Shown here in pieces: positions 1 to 4,907 of a stretch of DNA of 4,907 nt. Origin of the DNA: a virus (lineage: Duplodnaviria > Heunggongvirae > Uroviricota > Caudoviricetes); the IMG/VR virus record IMGVR_UViG_2563366942_000004, positions 1 through 4,907 of that record. The stretch is one strand, 5' to 3'. Under the pieces are notes generated by a model that searched no databases, was not told where the DNA came from, and saw only the letters and a list, made by a program, of their open reading frames with translations. The position numbers and the translations under genes were made by a program. Every line of letters begins with the position of its first letter. Positions within the stretch are counted from its first letter, which is position 1.

Positions 1-1064
1 GTTTTCAGGCCGTTGGGATCTTTCAGTGCATCCAGCCAGTCATAGACAATCTGTACCCAGGTGGTGAACGGACTGTACGCCGTCCAGATATGGAAAGTGA
101 TGGAGCGCGGCGGCGGAATTTCATCACCCCGGGCGCTGAAAAACATCAGGCCGTCACGGGTCCACATGCCCGTGTTTTCACAGATCCACCGCCCGTTACT
201 CTGGTCAAGCTCAGACTGATGGATCACACAGCCATGATGCTCACAAAGGTAGAAAACACTTTCTGGCTTATTCTTCTCCCACTTAAGACCGAAAGGCGAG
301 GCATCATCGCCAAATTTCAGATACTGCTCCTCCCCACAGTGCGGACAGGGCACATAAAAACGCATGAAGTGTGCCGACTCGTTAGCGGCTTTTTCGATCT
401 GGCAGGAGCCTTTGATTTTAGGCGTCGAGCCGCGAATGGATTTTGGCCATACAGAGCCCTCAATACGTTTATCCCCCAGCAGGGTTGGCGAACCCTCTTT
501 TTCAACATCCGGTTCGAACGAGGAAAGCTCGTCATAACAGACCACATCCACGGATTTTTCACGGTAGTTTTTTGCTGCCGCACCACCCAGACACCAGAAC
601 CCCACACCGGAGGAAAAACGCTTCAGGGTGAGCGTATTATCGCGGTGTTTTCTTCCGAACCATGGAGCCAGCTCCAGCAATGCAGGAACATCCCTTATCG
701 TTGGCTCAACATGAGATTTCATAAAATCTTCAGCAGCTGAGTCCGTGGGCTGAAAAAGAAGGCTGTTGCGTGATTTATGCTCAATAAAATAAGCCTCCAC
801 TCCCAGCAACATCTTTGTATAACCAACACGGGCAGATTTAATCAGGTTAACCGTGCGAATCAGATCGTTGCCCATACAGTTCATGATGCCAACCTGAAAC
901 GGCAGTGTTTCCCATCGCCCCGGGGTATAAGACGACTCTTTAGGAAGGTAATAATGTTTATTGGCCCACTGAACTGTCGTCAGTGGAACAGGAATAATGA
1001 GAGATAAAAGCCCTGTAGCTATCGCACCGGCTGCATTAGCTGCCTTCTGCGCGTCTGAAATCAT
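1..1064 (-). CDS. A: Terminase large subunit (lambda gpA-like), N-terminal ~354 codons; 3' end continues beyond window start
   Basis: My own minus-strand translation from ATG at 1064..1062 gives [85 protein letters not shown], later [29 protein letters not shown], and [19 protein letters not shown] at the window edge. These follow my recollection of lambda gpA ([34 protein letters not shown]). The ORF track lists no minus-strand ORF here, which fits a frame that has no stop before the window edge. The start overlaps the nu1 stop by ~29 nt, as in lambda. Not checked by search. Confidence 0.9.
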   Translation of the reverse strand, partial: MISDAQKAANAAGAIATGLLSLIIPVPLTTVQWANKHYYLPKESSYTPGRWETLPFQVGIMNCMGNDLIRTVNLIKSARVGYTKMLLGVEAYFIEHKSRNSLLFQPTDSAAEDFMKSHVEPTIRDVPALLELAPWFGRKHRDNTLTLKRFSSGVGFWCLGGAAAKNYREKSVDVVCYDELSSFEPDVEKEGSPTLLGDKRIEGSVWPKSIRGSTPKIKGSCQIEKAANESAHFMRFYVPCPHCGEEQYLKFGDDASPFGLKWEKNKPESVFYLCEHHGCVIHQSELDQSNGRWICENTGMWTRDGLMFFSARGDEIPPPRSITFHIWTAYSPFTTWVQIVYDWLDALKDPNGLK

Positions 1065-1526
1065 CGATCCACCCGCCCACGTTTTCACCGGCCTTAGCTG
1101 CAACATTGGAGGCTTTCGCGATTTCAGTTTTCACCACATCAAGGTGTGATGGTGAAATGTCCGGATATTTACGCTGTAATGTCAACGGCACACGCACAAG
1201 TATCCCCGAAATCTCCTGTGCCACACGTTGCAGAATGAAGGTAAACAGTTCAGTTTCCAGCACTACTCCGTCTTCACGGGCATTTTTCAGTTCCTGCGCA
1301 TCTGCCTGCGCTTTTGTGAGCCGGTAGCGTTCATAGTCAATGGTGCCGGGTTGTAAATCTGACTCCGCTGCCGCACGCAAATCGTCCAGTTCTTTGCGGA
1401 GCTTTTCGTTTTCGATATCAGTTTCCCTCTGCGCATACCACTGAATTGCCATGGCAGTATCAAATACAGATTCAATGCCCTTACTACCTTTGGAGGCGCA
1501 AGGGAGTCCCTGAGACTGCCAGCGTT
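1036..1526 (-). pseudogene. nu1: Terminase small subunit Nu1, 3' fragment (about codons 22-182), cut off from its 5' end by the IS
   Basis: The track ORF 1036..1608 (-) reads ...[82 protein letters not shown]..., closely following my recollection of lambda Nu1 from its WQEQGMP motif onward. The 29 codons upstream of the W codon (1521..1519) are read from IS left-end DNA and the apparent start is TTG, so the ORF as listed is chimeric. Confidence 0.85.
1521..1526. repeat. Target-site duplication AGCGTT, left copy
   Basis: AGCGTT at 1521-1526 is repeated exactly at 3937-3942. The bases outside each copy differ, so the duplication is at most 6 bp. Removing 1527..3942 restores an uninterrupted nu1 frame (...[13 protein letters not shown]...). 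Confidence 0.75.
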
Positions 1527-1560
1527 TATGAGACGACAATAACTCAGTCCGCCTGGCGCC
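1527..1560 (+). repeat. IS left terminal inverted repeat (imperfect)
   Basis: Left end TATGAGACGACAA... against the reverse complement of the right end TATTAGACGTCAA...: 11 of the first 13 positions match, and both arms end in GCGCC about 30 bp in. Extent is approximate. Confidence 0.5.
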
Positions 1561-1619
1561 GATTATTCTGGCCGGTTTTGTAACCTGAGTGTCATTTACA
1601 TGATCCAACAGGAAATGGC

Positions 1620-3119
1620 GTGACGCTCAATACTTCTCAGGTCAGTTACTATATGACTCAGCGTAAGAAAGGTATAACTCAGCATATCTCGGCCATGAAG
1701 GCTGGTATCTCAGTCCGTTCTGGTCGTCGGATCGAAAAAGGAGAGTGGGCAAAAAACAGTGTTAGGCACTGGCGCACACGCAAAGATCCTCTGGAAGCTG
1801 TGTGGGACAGCATGCTTGTTCCTCTGTTGAAAGAGAGGCCGGCTCTGACACCAACAACTCTGCTGGAGATGCTACAGGATAAATATCCCGGCCAGTACCC
1901 CAACAGCCTTCGAAGAACAATGCAACGGCGGGTCCGCGAATGGAAGCTACAGTATGGTGCAGAGCAGGAGGTCATGTTCCGCCAGCGACATCAGCCCGGT
2001 CTGCGAGGTCTGTCGGACTTTACTGAACTGAAAGGTGTAGTTGTCACCATCGCCGGTAAGTTGTTGGCGCATAAGTTGTATCACTTCCGTCTGGAATGGA
2101 GCCACTGGAGCTGGATGCGGGTTGTGCTGGGTGGTGAGAGCTTCTCTGCTCTGGCTGAAGGTCTGCAGGAAGCCCTCGGACAACTGGGCGGAGTGCCGGT
2201 AGAACATAAAACGGACAGCCTGAGGGCAGCATGGAAACAACAGGGCGAAGATGGACGCCGCGAGCTGACTGAGCGTTATGCTGCTCTCTGTCAGCACTAC
2301 GGAATGCAGGGCGTACACAATAATGCCGGTCGGGGCCACGAAAATGGCTCGGTTGAAAGTGCCCACGGACATCTGAAAAGGCGTATCTGTCAGGCGCTGA
2401 TACTGCGGGGCAGTAACGACTTCAGCACCATAGAAGAATATCAGGCCTTCATCACTCAGCAGGTTATGCGGCACAACCGTAACAATCAGGATCTGGTCAA
2501 GGAAGAACGTCTTCATCTGAAACCGCTGCCGCTTCGTCGCAGTGCTGACTATGATGAGCTGACTGTGAGGGTTAGCCGCAGCAGTACCATCAATGTGAAG
2601 CACGTCGTCTACAGCGTACCTTCCCGGCTTGTAGGTCAACTGTTACGGGTCCGGTTATGGGACGATCGTCTGAGCTGTTACGTTGGCAGCAGCGAGGTCA
2701 TGAGCTGCCCACGTGTCAGACCAGAAAAAGGGAAGACGCGGGCCCGTCGTATCGACTTCCGACATGTGATCGACAGTCTGGCAAAAAAGCCCGGTGCGTT
2801 CTGCCATGCAACGCTGAGAAATGACATCCTGCCAGACGATGAATGGCGGAGGCTGTGGCGTCGCTTATGTAATCATCTGGAACCCGACATGGCAGGCAGG
2901 CTGATGGTACATGCTCTGAAACTGGCTGCAGGATACGACGATATCTCAGTCGTGGCAAAAGGTATGGAGCAGATGCTGAATACCCCGGGAAACGTGGATC
3001 TGCACCGGCTGATGCGCTTCCTGGGTATAAAGGAAAAGGCGTTGCCGGTAGTCAATGTGAAACAGCATAACCTGAGCAGTTATGAGCAACTACTGCGTGG
3101 CAAGGGCGGTTCGCAGTGA
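1620..3119 (+). CDS. istA: IstA transposase (DDE, IS21 family), 499 aa
   Basis: Track ORF 1620..3119, GTG start preceded by AGGAAA (1610-1615). Likely helix-turn-helix near the N-terminus ([16 protein letters not shown]). Candidate catalytic residues in [15 protein letters not shown] and [16 protein letters not shown], which is my reading of a DDE pattern. Stop overlaps the istB start (GTGA at 3116-3119). Confidence 0.9.
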   Translation: MTLNTSQVSYYMTQRKKGITQHISAMKAGISVRSGRRIEKGEWAKNSVRHWRTRKDPLEAVWDSMLVPLLKERPALTPTTLLEMLQDKYPGQYPNSLRRTMQRRVREWKLQYGAEQEVMFRQRHQPGLRGLSDFTELKGVVVTIAGKLLAHKLYHFRLEWSHWSWMRVVLGGESFSALAEGLQEALGQLGGVPVEHKTDSLRAAWKQQGEDGRRELTERYAALCQHYGMQGVHNNAGRGHENGSVESAHGHLKRRICQALILRGSNDFSTIEEYQAFITQQVMRHNRNNQDLVKEERLHLKPLPLRRSADYDELTVRVSRSSTINVKHVVYSVPSRLVGQLLRVRLWDDRLSCYVGSSEVMSCPRVRPEKGKTRARRIDFRHVIDSLAKKPGAFCHATLRNDILPDDEWRRLWRRLCNHLEPDMAGRLMVHALKLAAGYDDISVVAKGMEQMLNTPGNVDLHRLMRFLGIKEKALPVVNVKQHNLSSYEQLLRGKGGSQ

Positions 3120-3871
3120 GCAATATCCATCCCCTTGAACGCAGCCTGCGTAAACTACGCCTGACACGAGTTGGAGCTGAATGGCACGCTCTGGAAAAAC
3201 GAGCACTGGCAGAAGGCTGGACACCATCGCGCTATCTTCTGACGCTATGCAATGAAGAACTCCTGTGGCGCGAGAGTGAAAAACTGCGTCGTTATAAAAA
3301 GGAGGCCCGGTTGCCAGTTGCCAAAACGCTAAGCGAATACGACTTCAGTCAGGTGCCGGAACTGAATGGAGCTCAGTTCCGGCAACTCTGTGAAACGACA
3401 GACTGGGTTGATGCAGGAGAAAACGTTCTGCTGTTCGGAGCCAGCGGGTTGGGGAAAAGCCATCTGGCGGCAGCGATCGTGGATGGCGTAGTAGGCCAGG
3501 GCTACCGGGCCCGGTTCTACAGCGCAGGAGAGTTGTTGCAGGAACTACGTAAAGCCAGAGCGCAGTTGAAACTGAATGAGCTGCTACTGAAACTGGATCG
3601 CTACCGGGTGATAGTGGTGGATGATCTTGGCTATGTCAAACGCGACAGCGCCGAAACGGGAGTACTGTTCGAGTTAATAGCGCATCGCTATGAACGTGGG
3701 AGCCTGGTGATAACCAGTAACCATCCGTTCAGCATGTGGGGCAGCATCTTCGTGGATGAGACTATGGCGGTGGCGGCGGCAGACCGGCTGATCCATCACG
3801 GATATATGTTCGAACTGAAAGGTGAAAGCTACAGGAAAAAGACAGCGAAGGCAGTAACAAGCGCGACTTGA
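3116..3871 (+). CDS. istB: IstB AAA+ ATP-binding helper protein, 251 aa
   Basis: Track ORF 3116..3871. Walker A GASGLGKSHLA and Walker B VIVVDDLGY. GTG start overlaps the istA stop by 4 nt, the usual coupled arrangement in IS21-family elements. Confidence 0.9.
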   Translation: MSNIHPLERSLRKLRLTRVGAEWHALEKRALAEGWTPSRYLLTLCNEELLWRESEKLRRYKKEARLPVAKTLSEYDFSQVPELNGAQFRQLCETTDWVDAGENVLLFGASGLGKSHLAAAIVDGVVGQGYRARFYSAGELLQELRKARAQLKLNELLLKLDRYRVIVVDDLGYVKRDSAETGVLFELIAHRYERGSLVITSNHPFSMWGSIFVDETMAVAAADRLIHHGYMFELKGESYRKKTAKAVTSAT

Positions 3872-3902
3872 TGTCGCACTGAAGGGGGCGGCCAGTATAG
3901 TT

Positions 3903-3936
3903 GGCGCGAGTCGGCAAAACTAGTTGACGTCTAATA
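3903..3936 (-). repeat. IS right terminal inverted repeat (imperfect)
   Basis: Reverse complement of 3903-3936 is TATTAGACGTCAACTAGTTTTGCCGACTCGCGCC, which pairs with the left end at 1527-1560. Confidence 0.5.
3924..3929 (+). promoter_or_regulatory. Outward-facing -35-like hexamer TTGACG in the IS right end
   Basis: TTGACG sits 7 bp inside the right terminus and points out of the element. IS21-family right ends are known to carry an outward -35. I found no good -10 at the proper spacing in the present flank. Confidence 0.3.
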
Positions 3937-3942
3937 AGCGTT
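3937..3942. repeat. Target-site duplication AGCGTT, right copy
   Basis: Exact repeat of 1521-1526, directly abutting the IS right terminus. Confidence 0.75.
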
Positions 3943-4000
3943 CAATCGTCCGCGGGTCCACGTTGAAAATTTCGGCAAGCCTCTTTTTATTAACCTTCAT
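3937..4000 (-). pseudogene. nu1: Terminase small subunit Nu1, 5' fragment (codons 1-21)
   Basis: Minus-strand ATG at 4000..3998 translates [21 protein letters not shown], compared with lambda Nu1 MEVNKKQLADIFGASIRTIQN from memory. The frame then runs into IS right-end sequence (LLDVN, stop at 3922..3920). Confidence 0.8.
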
Positions 4001-4025
4001 GAAAACAACCCATTATCAAATACAA

Positions 4026-4143
4026 GGCCCGACATGAAAACGCCAGAAAAAGGCATTTTCGGACACTTTCATGTCGGACCTTTACGGATGCAATATTAAA
4101 AAAAAACAAAAAGTTATATTCGAGAAGTACCGACACGATTTTC
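4026..4143 (-). promoter_or_regulatory. cosB-like terminase-binding region: three R-like repeats around an A-tract
   Basis: CCGACATGAAA at 4029-4039 and CCGACACGATTTT at 4130-4142 share one orientation; TTTCATGTCGG at 4067-4077 is inverted; an A-tract lies at ~4095-4113. This order (cosN, R3, bend site, inverted R2, R1, nu1 start) matches what I recall of lambda cosB. Element limits are approximate. Confidence 0.55.
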
Positions 4144-4177
4144 CCTGAAAAATTTTCATAAATAGTGAAAAACCGCG

Positions 4178-4189
4178 AGGTCGCCGCCC
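4178..4189 (-). other. cosN cohesive-end sequence (minus strand 5'-GGGCGGCGACCT-3')
   Basis: The reverse complement of 4140-4189 is GGGCGGCGACCTCGCGGTTTTTCACTATTTATGAAAATTTTTCAGGG. The first 17 nt are identical to the phage lambda left end as I remember it and the following ~30 nt are near-identical. Plus-strand 4190-4200 (CGTAACCTGTC) is the complement of the lambda right-end ...GACAGGTTACG. Confidence 0.8.
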
Positions 4190-4225
4190 CGTAACCTGTC
4201 GGATCGCCGGAAAGGACCCGCAAAA

Positions 4226-4240
4226 TGATAATAATTATCA
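4226..4240. promoter_or_regulatory. Fur-box-like 7-1-7 palindrome TGATAATAATTATCA
   Basis: Exact match to the 7-1-7 Fur-box consensus TGATAATnATTATCA. It lies ~36 bp beyond cosN and ~150 bp upstream of the ORF at 4389. A weaker ATAATcaATTAT palindrome sits at 4283-4294. Function is inferred only. Confidence 0.45.
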
Positions 4241-4388
4241 TCTACATGTCACAACGTGCATCTACACCATCAAACCACGTCAAATAATCAATTATGACGC
4301 AGGTATCGTATTAATTGATCTGCATCAACTTAACGTAAAAACAACTTCAGACAATACAAATCAGCGACACTGAATACAGGGCAACCTC

Positions 4389-4622
4389 ATGTCAACGAAG
4401 AACAGAACCCGCAGAACAACAACCCGCAACATCCGCTTTCCTAACCAAATGATTGAACAAATTAACATCGCTCTTGTTCAAAAAGGGTCCGGGAATTTCT
4501 CAGCCTGGGTCATTGAAGCCTGCCGCCGGAGACTGTGCTCAGAAAAAAGAGTTTCGCCTGAAGCAAACAAAGAAAAGAGTGACATTACTGAATTGCTCAG
4601 AAAACAGGTTAGACCAAATTGA
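4389..4622 (+). CDS. Small ribbon-helix-helix-like DNA-binding protein (77 aa), function unknown
   Basis: Track ORF 4389..4622, with a weak AGGG ribosome-binding site 8 nt upstream. The segment RNIRFPNQMIEQINIALVQKGSGNFSAWVIEACRRRL follows the strand-helix-helix pattern of Arc/MetJ/CopG-type proteins after a basic N-terminal tail. Its position beside the nu1/cos junction resembles the small ylcI/ynfO-class ORFs of E. coli cryptic prophages; that is unverified recall. Confidence 0.55.
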   Translation: MSTKNRTRRTTTRNIRFPNQMIEQINIALVQKGSGNFSAWVIEACRRRLCSEKRVSPEANKEKSDITELLRKQVRPN

Positions 4623-4679
4623 AGCAATCTAGATAATCGTGCAGACTACGCCCCCTCATATCACATGGAAGGTACTACA

Positions 4680-4907
4680 ATGGCTCAGGTTGCCATTTTT
4701 AAACAAATATTCGATAAAGTGCGAAATAATTTAAACTATCACTGGTTTTATTCTGAACTAAAACGTCACAATGTCTCACATTACATTTACTATTTAGCCA
4801 CAGAGAATATTCATCTTGTTCTTGAAAACGATAATACGGTTTTAATAAAAGGACAGGGTAAGGTTGTAAATGTAAGATTTTCAAAAAATAAATGCCTTAT
4901 AGAAGCC
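4680..4907 (+). CDS. Hypothetical protein, N-terminal 76 codons; continues past the window end
   Basis: ATG at 4680 with a GGAAGG ribosome-binding site 7 nt upstream; open through 4907 ([76 protein letters not shown]). Absent from the ORF track, presumably because no stop falls in the window. About 30% GC over 4681-4907 by my hand count. I could not assign a family. Confidence 0.5.
   Translation, partial: MAQVAIFKQIFDKVRNNLNYHWFYSELKRHNVSHYIYYLATENIHLVLENDNTVLIKGQGKVVNVRFSKNKCLIEA

Larger units (their letters stand above)
1527..3936 (+). mobile_element. IS21-family insertion sequence (~2410 bp) with istA-istB, inserted in nu1 in the opposite orientation
   Basis: Two overlapping genes (DDE transposase then AAA+ helper), imperfect terminal inverted repeats, a 6-bp flanking direct repeat, and a host gene interrupted precisely at the boundaries. 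Boundaries inferred from the split reading frame, so uncertain by a base or two. The specific IS name was not determined. Confidence 0.85.

Noticed and set aside
317-607. 96-aa minus-strand ORF, and the 62-aa plus-strand ORF at 443..631
   Set aside because: Both overlap the terminase gene out of frame; their proline/arginine-rich composition is typical of shadow frames in GC-rich coding DNA.
90-740. 216-aa plus-strand ORF from the six-frame track
   Set aside because: It lies antisense to the terminase large subunit frame, which translates into conserved terminase motifs. Its own sequence shows no recognisable domain and is most likely a shadow ORF.
777-1475. Short ORFs 777..1007 (+), 1106..1327 (+) and 1287..1475 (-)
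   Set aside because: All overlap the terminase large subunit or nu1 coding sequence in other frames or antisense; no ribosome-binding sites or motifs.
1679-3055. Minus-strand ORFs inside istA (1679..1975, 1947..2639, 2044..2232, 2716..2958, 2873..3055)
   Set aside because: Antisense to istA, whose frame carries the transposase motifs. The 230-aa one is long but has no recognisable features.
4026-4080. Inverted repeat CCGACATGAAA / TTTCATGTCGG as a possible transcription terminator
   Set aside because: The arms are 27 bp apart, with no T-run after either arm on either strand. Position and orientation fit terminase-binding R elements of cosB far better.
3990-4241. 83-aa minus-strand ORF beginning MIIIIIL
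   Set aside because: Low-complexity start, runs across cosN and cosB, and is out of frame with the nu1 start at 4000. A coding gene across the cos site is implausible.
4699-4884. 61-aa minus-strand ORF
   Set aside because: Antisense to the plus-strand ORF starting at 4680, which has a strong ribosome-binding site; no start signals of its own.
4389-4907. Possible single longer gene: the ORFs at 4389 and 4680 share a frame, separated by a TGA at 4620-4622
   Set aside because: The second ORF has its own well-placed GGAAGG ribosome-binding site and ATG, and 77 aa is a normal size for a ribbon-helix-helix protein. Two genes is the simpler reading. A nonsense mutation or stop-codon readthrough cannot be excluded without homologues.
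1-4907. tRNA, rRNA and CRISPR arrays
   Set aside because: I recognised no cloverleaf-type structure or conserved RNA-gene motif and no regularly spaced direct repeats; the window is accounted for by phage genes, the IS and the AT-rich right edge.

Overview
This window covers the packaging end of a lambda-like prophage, and its terminase small-subunit gene (nu1) is split by an IS21-family insertion sequence. All calls come from reading the sequence and from remembered lambda and IS21 features; no database search was run. On the minus strand, the first 1064 bases encode the N-terminal ~354 codons of a lambda gpA-like terminase large subunit, running off the window start. The nu1 gene is in two pieces, 1036..1526 and 3937..4000, separated by a ~2.41 kb IS (1527..3936) that carries istA and istB on the plus strand and is flanked by a 6-bp direct repeat, AGCGTT. 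Just beyond the nu1 start lies a cos site that looks intact: the 12-nt cohesive-end sequence is identical to lambda's as I remember it, with a cosB-like set of repeats beside it. The last ~700 bp are AT-rich and hold a perfect 7-1-7 Fur-box-like palindrome, a small ribbon-helix-helix-like ORF, and the start of a ~30% GC ORF of unknown function that leaves the window. I did not recognise any tRNA, rRNA or CRISPR array. I do not see a clearly novel multi-gene system here; the most open question is the AT-rich pair at the right edge, which is truncated by the window.
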